Shown here: in pieces, positions 30,285-39,352 of the stretch
How positions within the stretch are numbered: the first letter of the stretch is position 1
Layout: every line of letters starts with the position of its first letter
Virus record (IMG/VR): IMGVR_UViG_3300021961_000042
Location: 41,564-105,563 of that record
Length of the DNA stretch: 64,000 bases
Reading direction: 5' to 3' (one strand)
DNA from: a virus
Translations under genes and position numbers: made by a program
The notes under the pieces: generated by a model
The model's input: the letters and a program-made list of their open reading frames with translations, nothing else
What the model was told of the DNA's origin: nothing
Database searches by the model: none

Positions 30285-30767
30285 ATGAGAAAAGTAAAAT
30301 TAACTGAAAATGAAAAACAAAACTATGTTAAATATATCGGAGTACCTAAGTTTATGAGTGCGCAAGAAGAGTTTGAATGGGCGGATTCTCAGGAAAAAGA
30401 ATGTAATAAATGTCATAAACATTTACCACTTACTTGTTTTGGTTTTAGTACTTCAGGTAGATTTCCTTTTAATAAAGAAGGATTGAGATATCGTCGAGGA
30501 GAATGTTTAGAATGTGGATCAAAAATCTCTAATGGTAAAAAAAGGGCTAAAAAAATTTCTGAAAACTTAGGTAATAATATAGAAGCATCTGAAGAGAATA
30601 AATGTGAGCTTTGTGGTTGTAAACAAAAATTGGTATTTGACCACAATCATCAGACAGAAACTTTCAGAGGTTGGTTATGTGATCCTTGTAATAGATCTTT
30701 AGGTACTATTGAAAGTCGATTAGGGGCAAATTGGCTAAATTTAATTAAAGATTACGTTAATAAGTAA
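30285..30767 (+). CDS. His-Me finger endonuclease (EndoVII/Hpy99I-like)
   Basis: CNKC, CLEC, CELC, DHNH...RGWLCDPCNRSLG; TATATTTG at 30255. Confidence 0.8.
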   Translation: MRKVKLTENEKQNYVKYIGVPKFMSAQEEFEWADSQEKECNKCHKHLPLTCFGFSTSGRFPFNKEGLRYRRGECLECGSKISNGKKRAKKISENLGNNIEASEENKCELCGCKQKLVFDHNHQTETFRGWLCDPCNRSLGTIESRLGANWLNLIKDYVNK

Positions 30768-30903
30768 TGACGGACTCAACTATTTGACAAACTAAACAAA
30801 ATAAATTATATTATAGTATGAAACCAGAAATTACAATTGCTTGGTGGTATAATACCACTTGGGACACAAAGGAAAGTAAAATAAAAGTAAAATATAAAAC
30901 AAA

Positions 30904-31119
30904 ATGGAAGAAATCATCAAACCAAAAATCAATCTAAGAGATCAACCAACAGTTGAATGTGAAAAGTGTAAATCTGTTTACTTCAAAGAGGTCACAATAT
31001 TAAAAAAAGTATCAAAAATTTTAACAGGGAGTCCTGAAGATACGATCGTACCATTTCCAACTTACATGTGTAATGAGTGTGGAAACGTAAATGAAGATTT
31101 TAAATTATTTGATAAGTAA
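30904..31119 (+). CDS. Small zinc-ribbon protein
   Basis: CEKC...CNECG. Confidence 0.65.
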   Translation: MEEIIKPKINLRDQPTVECEKCKSVYFKEVTILKKVSKILTGSPEDTIVPFPTYMCNECGNVNEDFKLFDK

Positions 31120-31265
31120 TGGAAGTAGGTAAAATGACTATAAGCAAAGCGTACCCACACCTTAGAAGTATCGCACTTGCTTATGGATTAAAATTAAATA
31201 TTGCAAAAGATTTCAAATTCGCAAGAATTATTTTAGTAAATCTTTATAATCGTGAATTAATATAA
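31119..31265 (+). CDS. Hypothetical 48-aa protein (not in ORF track)
   Basis: TAATG-coupled; MEVGKMTISKAYPHLRSIALAYGLKLN... Confidence 0.5.
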   Translation: MEVGKMTISKAYPHLRSIALAYGLKLNIAKDFKFARIILVNLYNRELI

Positions 31266-31271
31266 ATAAAA

Positions 31272-31472
31272 ATGGGAAAAAAATTAGTATGGTTTGAATC
31301 TTACACAACAATTTGTAAGTATTCTACCGAGTTAACAGATGAAGAAGCAAAACTTTTTGAAGAAGATGAAGAAAAGTTTTATGAAGAAGTGGATTTTAGA
31401 GGTGACCAAGAATTAGAGTGGGACAAGATAGAAAACGAAGACGAATACGACTTTAGTGTAGAGGAGGACTAA
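31272..31472 (+). CDS. Acidic hypothetical protein
   Basis: 66 aa, operonic. Confidence 0.55.
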   Translation: MGKKLVWFESYTTICKYSTELTDEEAKLFEEDEEKFYEEVDFRGDQELEWDKIENEDEYDFSVEED

Positions 31473-31474
31473 AT

Positions 31475-31708
31475 ATGACACATAAAGAATTTTATATTTG
31501 GTTAGAAGGTTATCTTTATGGTAAACTAGAAAACAAACATATAGATATTTCACCAATTGTTGAAAAAATGGGACAAGTTAAAGATGAAATAAAATTTGGT
31601 ATTGCCGAACCGTACAGAGCACCATTACCAATAAACCCATTCCCAAATAATAATGATCCATATAAACCACCGTATGAAGTTTACTGCGGTGATAAACAAA
31701 AATTGTAA
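31475..31708 (+). CDS. Hypothetical protein
   Basis: 77 aa, F..WLEGY motif, operonic. Confidence 0.55.
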   Translation: MTHKEFYIWLEGYLYGKLENKHIDISPIVEKMGQVKDEIKFGIAEPYRAPLPINPFPNNNDPYKPPYEVYCGDKQKL

Positions 31709-31758
31709 TGTAAAATTTGTTTTTTTTTTGATTGATATATTTATTAATAAAAAACATT

Positions 31759-32388
31759 ATGAAAAATATTTTATCAAGTTTAAATGAATCTGAAAAAGTA
31801 AGGATTCTTGAAATGCACAAAAATGCAACAAGAAAAAATTATCTTAAAGAACAAGATAAAAACCCATTGGCATTTGCTACTGATCCTAACTATATGGATT
31901 ATTCTGGATTCAACAAGTCTAGTGAACCTGATGAGGAGGTTAAAAAATTATCAGAAGTTACATTATCCGCTTGGTTACCATTTGATGCGGCAAAACAAAG
32001 AGCGTCAAAAAAGGGTGGAGATATATTAGTATACTTCTATAACGATGGTTGTCATTATTGCGAAAATTTTACAAAAAATATAATGTCAAACGAAACGATA
32101 AGAAAAAAAATAGTTGAAAATAATTTAACTCTATGTAAAATAGTCATGTGTGTAGAGAAAGGTAAAGAAAAAGTGAATTGGCAAGGAAAAGAAATTACTT
32201 ACACTACTTGTGACGATAGTCAAAGGGAAGTTTGGGAACGTTTTGAAGATCAAGTCACTGGTGTTCCTAGTATGGTAATTGTAGATAGTAGTGGAGATAA
32301 AGTTAAGGCTGAATCTACAATAGCAGGTGACCCAAGAATTGCAACCAATGCTCAAGCTATGGCGTTATCACTGATGGATAAAATATAA
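31759..32388 (+). CDS. Thioredoxin-like protein with N-terminal leader
   Basis: LVYFYNDGCHYC and VTGVPSMVIVD; leader MKNILSSLNESEKVRILEMH...YLKEQ; TATTTATT at 31738. Confidence 0.7.
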   Translation: MKNILSSLNESEKVRILEMHKNATRKNYLKEQDKNPLAFATDPNYMDYSGFNKSSEPDEEVKKLSEVTLSAWLPFDAAKQRASKKGGDILVYFYNDGCHYCENFTKNIMSNETIRKKIVENNLTLCKIVMCVEKGKEKVNWQGKEITYTTCDDSQREVWERFEDQVTGVPSMVIVDSSGDKVKAESTIAGDPRIATNAQAMALSLMDKI

Positions 32389-32418
32389 AATAGTTAAAAA
32401 TTTATAATAGTTGTTTCA

Positions 32419-32446
32419 AACCCACCCCAAAAAGGTGGGTTTTTTG
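32419..32446 (+). terminator. Intrinsic terminator (copy 2 of the repeated module)
   Basis: AACCCACC-loop-GGTGGGTT plus T tract. Confidence 0.8.
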
Positions 32447-32485
32447 TTAATTGACATTTTAATCAAATTTGACTATATTTAGTCT

Positions 32486-33265
32486 ATGATTAAAAAACTT
32501 GTACACTTTTCTGATTTACACATCAGATTATTTAAAGACCACGACCTTTACCGGTCAATACTTGAAGACGCTATTAATCAATGGAAAGAAATTAAACCTG
32601 ATAGAATTGTTTTTACCGGTGACCTTGTACATTCTAAAAATCAAATGACACCTGAACTTATTGAAATGGTAAGTTGGATATTAAAAGAATGTTCAAATAT
32701 TGCAAAAACAATTATAATTCCTGGTAACCACGACGCTAATTTAAGAAATGAAGATAGATTAGATAGTATTACACCAATTGTAGATTCATTAAATAATGAA
32801 AATATTTTTTATCATAAAAATCGTGGGATATACGAGGATGAAAATGTTAGTTGGTGTGTATTTTCACAATTTCAAGGAAACATTCCACCAGATTTAAATG
32901 TTGCAACCGGAATTAAAGTTGGTTTATTTCACGGACCAATTCAAGGAATGAAAACAGATTTAGGTTTTGATTTTGGTGAAGAAGCTTATGATGTTGAAAA
33001 GTTTAACGGACTTGATATTGTATTATGTGGCGATATCCATAAAAGACAAGAATTTAAGTTCAAAACCGGAAAAGGATATATGATTGGATCACCAATCCAA
33101 CAGAATATTGGTGAAAGTATTAGAAATCATGGTTTCGGGATTTATGATTTGGAAAGAAATGAATATAAATATATTGATTTACATAATCCAAGACCCTTCT
33201 TAAAATTTTCAATAAAATCGTTTGAGGATATTGAAAACGGAACAGAAAAATTATTAAATATTTAA
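32486..33265 (+). CDS. Mre11/SbcD-like metallophosphoesterase (gp47-like)
   Basis: SDLH, TGDLVH, PGNHD, FHG, GDIHK, GSPIQQ. Confidence 0.85.
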   Translation: MIKKLVHFSDLHIRLFKDHDLYRSILEDAINQWKEIKPDRIVFTGDLVHSKNQMTPELIEMVSWILKECSNIAKTIIIPGNHDANLRNEDRLDSITPIVDSLNNENIFYHKNRGIYEDENVSWCVFSQFQGNIPPDLNVATGIKVGLFHGPIQGMKTDLGFDFGEEAYDVEKFNGLDIVLCGDIHKRQEFKFKTGKGYMIGSPIQQNIGESIRNHGFGIYDLERNEYKYIDLHNPRPFLKFSIKSFEDIENGTEKLLNI

Positions 33266-33312
33266 TTACTATTATTCACACTTTTTAATTTATTGAGATA
33301 TTTATATTATAT

Positions 33313-33474
33313 ATGGGAAGATTGAAAATAAAAGATGAAGATAAAAAAACTAAAGTGTCTGTTGCACTTGATCCTGAATTATTAAAATTTTATCGGTCAT
33401 TACATATTAATTTATCTTCTTTGGTAAATAAACTTCTTAAAGATTATAAAGATGAAAGATACAAAAACTTGTAA
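33313..33474 (+). CDS. Small ribbon-helix-helix-like protein (not in ORF track)
   Basis: MGRLKIKDEDKKTKVSVALDPELLKFYRSLHINLSSLVNKLLKDY; TATTTATA at 33299. Confidence 0.55.
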   Translation: MGRLKIKDEDKKTKVSVALDPELLKFYRSLHINLSSLVNKLLKDYKDERYKNL

Positions 33475-34078
33475 TGTTTGTTTTATTGAAAAAGAAATAA
33501 TTGACTTCCATATTAGGAAAGATTCAAAAGACGGTCTTAGAAATGAATGTAAAGTTTGTACCAGAATTAAAATTAACAAATATCGTAAAACAAATAAAGA
33601 AAAAACTAATAAGTGGAATAGGGAAACTTATTACAGAAATATTGAAAAACATAAAGAAACAAAGAAAAAATATAGAGAAAATAATACAGAAAAACAAAAA
33701 ATAAGAATTAAAAAATGGAAAGAAAATAATGAAGAAAAAGTAAAAAATTATGCTAAAGAAAGAAAAAAGTATGATATCGTATTCAAAATTAGGTGTAATG
33801 TTAGAAGTAGGGTTAAAAATTTTCTGAAAAGTAAAAATATAATCAAAAAAAACAAAACTTTTGAAATTGTTGGGTGTGAACCAATAAAATTAAAAGAACA
33901 TATTGAAAAACAATTTAAAGACGGAATGAATTGGGAAAATTATGGATTAAATGGTTGGCACATAGATCATATAATTCCGCTAGTAAGTGGTAAAACTGAA
34001 GATAAAATTTATAAGTTATGTCATTTTACAAATTTACAACCACTTTGGTGGTATGAAAATTTAGAAAAAAGATATTGA
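33452..34078 (+). CDS. HNH homing-type endonuclease
   Basis: CNVC...CKVC, WHIDHIIP...LCHFTNLQPLW..EN. Confidence 0.8.
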   Translation: MKDTKTCNVCFIEKEIIDFHIRKDSKDGLRNECKVCTRIKINKYRKTNKEKTNKWNRETYYRNIEKHKETKKKYRENNTEKQKIRIKKWKENNEEKVKNYAKERKKYDIVFKIRCNVRSRVKNFLKSKNIIKKNKTFEIVGCEPIKLKEHIEKQFKDGMNWENYGLNGWHIDHIIPLVSGKTEDKIYKLCHFTNLQPLWWYENLEKRY

Positions 34079-34080
34079 AA

Positions 34081-34803
34081 ATGGAACAGAAGTACTCAGA
34101 AATCTTTGATAAAAAGATAATGCAGGCGGTGTCTGCATATTGTAAACTCAATAGTATTGAAGATATTAATGGGTTTATTAAAAAATGTTTTGAATCGGGA
34201 TTTAATATAGAAAAATACGGGCTTTTAGGAAAAACACTTAATGGAGATGAAAAAGACTTAAAAACAAGTAATGTTGAAGAAAAACAGTTAATAAAGGAAG
34301 TTATTGTCGAGAAAAGAGTGGAAGTACCGGTTGAAGTTATTAAGGAGGTTGAGAAAATTGTTGAAGTGGTAAAAGAAATTGTTGTTGAAAAAGAAGTAAT
34401 TAAAGAGGTACCTGTTGAGGTAGTTAAAGAAGTTGAAAAAGTAGTTACAATAACTAATAATAAGGAATTAGAAGAAAAAATTTTCCATTTAAACCAACAA
34501 ATTGAGTCAGAAAGCAAAATTTTTTCCACTAAGACACAAGAAATGGAAAATAATTTCCAAAAAGAAATGTCTAAAAAAGATGAAGAATTAGCTAAACTTA
34601 GACAAACTTTAGACGTTTCAGTAGACGATAATAAGGTAAAAATGCTTCAACAAACCATTCAAAACCTTAATACTGAAATAAGAGAATTAAAAAAGAAAAA
34701 CGAAGAATTAAATAAAAAACTGTTAGAACAACCAAAACAACTTGGCGATATTCCCGCCAAGTTTCATGGAAGTTCTAACCTAAACGATGATTTATACAAA
34801 TAA
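34081..34803 (+). CDS. Coiled-coil protein with V/E/K-rich (EVPVEVIKEVEK) repeats
   Basis: Repeat block followed by heptads. Confidence 0.65.
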   Translation: MEQKYSEIFDKKIMQAVSAYCKLNSIEDINGFIKKCFESGFNIEKYGLLGKTLNGDEKDLKTSNVEEKQLIKEVIVEKRVEVPVEVIKEVEKIVEVVKEIVVEKEVIKEVPVEVVKEVEKVVTITNNKELEEKIFHLNQQIESESKIFSTKTQEMENNFQKEMSKKDEELAKLRQTLDVSVDDNKVKMLQQTIQNLNTEIRELKKKNEELNKKLLEQPKQLGDIPAKFHGSSNLNDDLYK

Positions 34804-34804
34804 T

Positions 34805-35155
34805 ATGAATTTAGTAATTTGGGCAATGGTTGCCTACGGAATGACAAACATTTTGGTCTATGGATCAATATTTAACGGATTAAGACAATCCATACATAAT
34901 TGGGGTAATAATCCTTTATCCCTATTTAACTTTTTAGGTCAGTTTTTATCTGGTCTTATATCATGCGTTTTATGTACATCAACATGGGTCGGATTTTTTC
35001 TATCTCTAGTTTATTTTTCACCAAATGTAGAATTAGTTGGACTTAATAAAATTTTATCAGTATTTTTTGATGGTATGTTGTCTGCTGGTTTTGTGTGGTC
35101 AATAAACGCAATAATAGAATGGTTTGAAGAAAATAGACCAAGTAATAAGAACTAA
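34805..35155 (+). CDS. Membrane protein (DUF1360-like CxxC.S.W motif)
   Basis: Hydrophobic helices, LISCVLCTSTWVG. Confidence 0.55.
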   Translation: MNLVIWAMVAYGMTNILVYGSIFNGLRQSIHNWGNNPLSLFNFLGQFLSGLISCVLCTSTWVGFFLSLVYFSPNVELVGLNKILSVFFDGMLSAGFVWSINAIIEWFEENRPSNKN

Positions 35156-35200
35156 TAACAAGTAATAACAAGTAATAATAACTAATAATAACTAATAATG
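35141..35200 (+). repeat. Six tandem 10-bp units A(G/C)TAATAAnn
   Basis: agtaataaga actaataaca agtaataaca agtaataata actaataata actaataatg. Confidence 0.85.
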
Positions 35201-35443
35201 GGTAAAGCGGCTAAAGCACACAGAAAAAAAGTAGCAAAAAGAAATGCTAATTTGAAACAAACAGAAAAAAGAATGCAAAAACTTTGGCAAGAGGCGTTTG
35301 AAGAACAAATGAACGCGATGAAAGAGAAGTTCGCTGCGATGTCAGGTGAAACAATGTCAGGTTTAACCGAATCAATTGAAAATGAGACAGAAGAAACAAT
35401 ACAAGAAGAATCCGAACCAACTGAACCTGTTTCAGGAGAGTAA
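35198..35443 (+). CDS. Hypothetical protein, basic N-terminus and acidic C-terminus
   Basis: 81 aa. Confidence 0.6.
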   Translation: MGKAAKAHRKKVAKRNANLKQTEKRMQKLWQEAFEEQMNAMKEKFAAMSGETMSGLTESIENETEETIQEESEPTEPVSGE

Positions 35444-35462
35444 ACTATTCAATTATAATATA

Positions 35463-37796
35463 ATGACTAAAGACATTGATTTTTCAAAATATGATAATCC
35501 CACTATTCAAGTGGTGTGGGAAGACTATAATGAAAACTTTACACAAGACAAAATTAAAAGTGTTAAACATTACTTTCAAAAAAAGTATAACACAACAAAT
35601 GTTAATGTCATAACAAAGGCGAAAGTAGAAAAAGAAGAGGGTGAGCAAACTGTAGATGTGTCTGTGAATATCATGGACACAAACTACCAAATTGAACTAC
35701 TTAGACAGTTTTTAACAAGTAAAAATTATGACAAACACTTGGATGATATTTTAAATCATAATAAGATGGTTGAAAATAAAATGCAAGAAACTGAAACAGA
35801 AACTGCGGTATTTAAAAAGTGGTTCATTAAAAATATTGAGTTTTCAAACTTCTTATCTTACGGAGAAAATCAGAAAGTTGATTTTGAAAAAACAGGAGGA
35901 CTTACAGTAATTGAATCAAACCCACCAAACTTTGGAGGTAAAACCGTACTGTCTGTTGATCTTCTATTATTTTTATTCTTTAATGAGACAACAAAAACAA
36001 CAAAAGCTGAAGAAATATTTAATAGGTTTACTGATAAAGATAAAGTAACAGTAAAGGGTGAAATTGTTATTGATGGTGAAGAATATATCATTGTAAGAAA
36101 CATTGAAAGAAAGATGTCTAAAAAAGGTGAATGGAATGTAAAAACTGAATTAGATTTTTTTAAAAAACTATCTGACGGTACACTTCAAAACTTTACAGGT
36201 GAGCAAAGAAGAGAGACTGAAAAATTCATTAAAGAATCTATAGGAACAAAAGAAGATTTCTTAATGACAATTCTTACAACCGCAACAAACCTTGAAGAAC
36301 TAATTGATTCAAAACCAACCGCAAGAGGTCAGGTACTTTCAAGGTTTATGGGTCTTGATTTCTTGAGAAGAAAAGAAGATGTTGCAAAATCAATATACTC
36401 TGACTTTTCAAAATCCATGTTATCAAACATTTATAACACGGAACAGTTGAAAACCGATAATGAAAATAGTGAAACAAAAATAACAGAGTTAAATACCAAT
36501 ATTGAGAGTTATAGACTTGAGTTAATTAATATTGATTCAAACTTAACAAAAGGTAGACAATATCGTGATGACATGCTAAGAAAAAAACATACAGATATTG
36601 ATGTTGAATTAAGTAGATTGAACCCAAGTCAAGTTAAACAAGAAATTGAAGGTCACGAGTCTCAAATTGAACAAACAAAGTTAAAATTAAATGAACTTAA
36701 CGTTGTTGAACCAAAAGAGTACTACAAAGAAGATGAACACGATAAGGTAAAAGAAGAATACAAGATTGTGTTTAAAGAAAAGATTGAACTTGATACTAAA
36801 ATATCAGAAATTGAAAAATTAGCAAGTTCTGTTAGTGGTGGTATTAAATGCGAACACTGTGGAATTGATTTGATGAATGCTAGTATTACCCAACAAAAAA
36901 TATCTGAACTTGATGGTTATATTAGTCAAAAAGAGGAAAAAGAGGGGTTAATGACTATTTTAACAAGCAAAGAAAAAGAATTTGTTGAAACAAAAAGACT
37001 ATTTGATGAGTATGAAAAAAACAAACTCATTAAAGAAAAATATGAAGCAACGATTGAAAATTACGAGTTAAAAATTAATGGACTTCAAACAAAATTGACT
37101 GAATACGATAAGATGTTGGATAAGATCAAAGAAAATGAGCATATTGATTCAATGTTAATTAAGGCTAATTTGAGGTTGGAAGATCTTGATAGACAAAAGA
37201 CACAAAAACAAAATCAGATTAATAGTGACGAGTACTCAATTAAAACACTACAAGAAAAAATTAAAACAAACTTAAATAACATTATTAAAATTTCTGAAGA
37301 AGAAGAAAAAGAAAAAATATATAAAATATACTTGGAGGCCTACGGTAAAAATGGTATTTCTAAAATCATAATGAAAACAATGATCCCGCTTATTAATTCA
37401 GAACTACAAAGATTGATGGAAGAAAGTGCTTACTTTAAACTTCAAATCCAAATTAATGATAAAAATGAGGTTGAATTTAGTATGATTGATAATGGTACCG
37501 GTGTTGAAAAGTTAATGTCTTCTGGAAGCGGATATGAACGTACAATTGCATCACTTGCTTTACGTTCAGTACTGAGTAAGATATGTAGTTTACCAAAACC
37601 AAACTTAATCGTTTTTGATGAGGTGTTTGGTAAAATTTCAAATGAAAACTTAGAAATGGTCCATAATTTCTTCATGGGGATCAAAGACTTCTTTCCGACC
37701 ATTTTACTAATAAGCCACAACCCAATTGTCAATGCCTGGAGTGATAACACAATAAGAATTTCAAAAGAAGATAATATTTCAAAAGTTTTTCAATAA
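35463..37796 (+). CDS. Rad50/SbcC-like ATPase (gp46-like)
   Basis: NFLSYG, Walker A NFGGKT, CEHC hook, SGSGYE signature, VFDEVFG Walker B, ISH. Confidence 0.9.
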   Translation: MTKDIDFSKYDNPTIQVVWEDYNENFTQDKIKSVKHYFQKKYNTTNVNVITKAKVEKEEGEQTVDVSVNIMDTNYQIELLRQFLTSKNYDKHLDDILNHNKMVENKMQETETETAVFKKWFIKNIEFSNFLSYGENQKVDFEKTGGLTVIESNPPNFGGKTVLSVDLLLFLFFNETTKTTKAEEIFNRFTDKDKVTVKGEIVIDGEEYIIVRNIERKMSKKGEWNVKTELDFFKKLSDGTLQNFTGEQRRETEKFIKESIGTKEDFLMTILTTATNLEELIDSKPTARGQVLSRFMGLDFLRRKEDVAKSIYSDFSKSMLSNIYNTEQLKTDNENSETKITELNTNIESYRLELINIDSNLTKGRQYRDDMLRKKHTDIDVELSRLNPSQVKQEIEGHESQIEQTKLKLNELNVVEPKEYYKEDEHDKVKEEYKIVFKEKIELDTKISEIEKLASSVSGGIKCEHCGIDLMNASITQQKISELDGYISQKEEKEGLMTILTSKEKEFVETKRLFDEYEKNKLIKEKYEATIENYELKINGLQTKLTEYDKMLDKIKENEHIDSMLIKANLRLEDLDRQKTQKQNQINSDEYSIKTLQEKIKTNLNNIIKISEEEEKEKIYKIYLEAYGKNGISKIIMKTMIPLINSELQRLMEESAYFKLQIQINDKNEVEFSMIDNGTGVEKLMSSGSGYERTIASLALRSVLSKICSLPKPNLIVFDEVFGKISNENLEMVHNFFMGIKDFFPTILLISHNPIVNAWSDNTIRISKEDNISKVFQ

Positions 37797-37870
37797 TATT
37801 TATTTTAAATAACATGCTAAGAATATCAAAAAAAATATATAACTTTGTACTATATATAAAAAGTAAATTA

Positions 37871-38452
37871 ATGAGAAAAAGACAACCAAAACAAGATCCC
37901 TCTTATATGTTATTTATTTTTGGAGATTTTGACGAACAAGAAAACTTGGCAACAAATTTGTCGTCTCAGTTATTGACAGTCGTATCTTCACCATTTTTAA
38001 AATTTACATATGGTGAGTACGGAGTCGTTTTTCATTTTAGAAGTAAAGAAGTTTTTTCTGACCTAAAAGAGTATATCGATATGGGTATGTCAGAAATCAC
38101 CGAACAATACTTTTTAATGGAAGTAACTAAGAACATGGACATAAAAATGCCAAGAAAACTAAAGAAAGATTTTTTGAATATTGACGGAGAAGAAAAAAAG
38201 AAAGAAACAAAAACAGGAGAAATAAATGTAGAAAGTAAATTAAAAGAAAGAAGAGAAGAATTAAGAAATTTTACGTTTGAGTTTTTAATGCCAACGGACT
38301 TTAATCAAATGGTTCAAAAGAACGAACCGGATTACTTACCAACGGTAGATGAAATATTAGACAAAATATCAGAGAATGGAATTGAATCATTAACAGAGAA
38401 AGAAAAAGAGATTTTAGACAATTATGGAAAGAGAAAAGATGGAGGACATTAA
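37871..38452 (+). CDS. Hypothetical protein with C-terminal DUF6576-like motif
   Basis: VDEILDKISENGIESLTEKEKEIL; TAACTTTG at 37840 supports start 37871. Confidence 0.6.
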   Translation: MRKRQPKQDPSYMLFIFGDFDEQENLATNLSSQLLTVVSSPFLKFTYGEYGVVFHFRSKEVFSDLKEYIDMGMSEITEQYFLMEVTKNMDIKMPRKLKKDFLNIDGEEKKKETKTGEINVESKLKERREELRNFTFEFLMPTDFNQMVQKNEPDYLPTVDEILDKISENGIESLTEKEKEILDNYGKRKDGGH

Positions 38453-39239
38453 GTCGTCAAACCCTTTGAATCAAGATGAGATTCAAATTTATTTAAAAGA
38501 CATTAGAAAATTGAAGGTGATGACACCTGATAGAGAAAAGTATTTAGCTGAACGTATAATGTCTAGTGACTGTACGGAAAGAGAAAAAGAACAAATACAA
38601 AAAGAAATGTTGGAAGGTAATTTACGTTTTGTAATTACTGTGGCGAAACAGTATCAAAATCAAGGAATTGATTTATCAGATTTAATTGCTGAAGGTAACT
38701 TTGGATTGATGAAAGCAATTAAAAACTTCGATTGGAGCAAAAACAACCGTTTTATTTCATATGCGGTATGGTGGATTAAACAATCAATCCTTCAATCCCT
38801 CAATGAAAATTCACGAACTATAAGACTTCCGGTTAATGTTGTTCAAGATATGCAAAAAGAGAAGAAAGAAAATGAAAAAACAAATAAAGATCTTTCCGAA
38901 AAGTTTGCAACACTTCCAAGAATGATTGATCTTGATATGCATATTAATGAAGATGGAGATACCCTTATAGATATCATTAAAAACGATAACGTAGAATCAC
39001 CAGATGAGATATTTTCAACTAAAGATCTTCTGAAAGAAAAAATGATGAAAATTATGAGTGTATTAGACATTAGAGAAAGAACTATAGTTGAAGATTACTA
39101 CGGAATAACCGGCACACCAAGAACATTAGAAGATATTGGGACAGACTTTGGACTTACAAAAGAAAGGGTTAGACAAATTAAAGAAAAGGCTCTTCGTAAG
39201 TTAAGAAATGAATGTTCAGATTTATTTGAATATTTATGA
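38424..39239 (+). CDS. RNA polymerase sigma70-family factor (RpoD-like, region 3 shortened)
   Basis: YLKDI (1.2), NLRFVITVAKQY, DLIAEGNFGL, FISYAVWWIKQSI (2), TLEDIG..FGLTKERVRQIKEKALRKLR (4.2). Confidence 0.9.
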   Translation: MEREKMEDIKSSNPLNQDEIQIYLKDIRKLKVMTPDREKYLAERIMSSDCTEREKEQIQKEMLEGNLRFVITVAKQYQNQGIDLSDLIAEGNFGLMKAIKNFDWSKNNRFISYAVWWIKQSILQSLNENSRTIRLPVNVVQDMQKEKKENEKTNKDLSEKFATLPRMIDLDMHINEDGDTLIDIIKNDNVESPDEIFSTKDLLKEKMMKIMSVLDIRERTIVEDYYGITGTPRTLEDIGTDFGLTKERVRQIKEKALRKLRNECSDLFEYL

Positions 39240-39246
39240 TAAAAAG

Positions 39247-39278
39247 TTTGGTAGATTAAAAAAAACTACATATCTTTG
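39247..39278 (+). promoter_or_regulatory. Bacteroidota sigma-A-type promoter TTTG-N20-TATCTTTG
   Basis: Matches -33/-7 consensus; similar elements at 47974/47998, 60694/60718, 61759/61782, and -7 boxes at 30255, 37840, 48861, 50293, 63728. Confidence 0.75.
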
Positions 39279-39283
39279 TATTA

Positions 39284-39352
39284 ACAAAAAAAAGTTCTTC
39301 TTGTCAGAATACATTAAGAACAACCACAGTCAGAATACTGTGGTTTTTTTTT
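39284..39352 (+). ncRNA. Candidate small RNA with two CAGAAU-loop hairpins, the second being a terminator
   Basis: Promoter immediately upstream, no ORF; GTCAGAATAC at 39303 and 39329; AACCACAGT/ACTGTGGTT stem plus T tract. Confidence 0.55.

Noticed and set aside
30818-30937. 39-aa ORF MKPEITIAWWYN...
   Set aside because: Follows a promoter-like element but is short and overlaps the next gene; too weak to call
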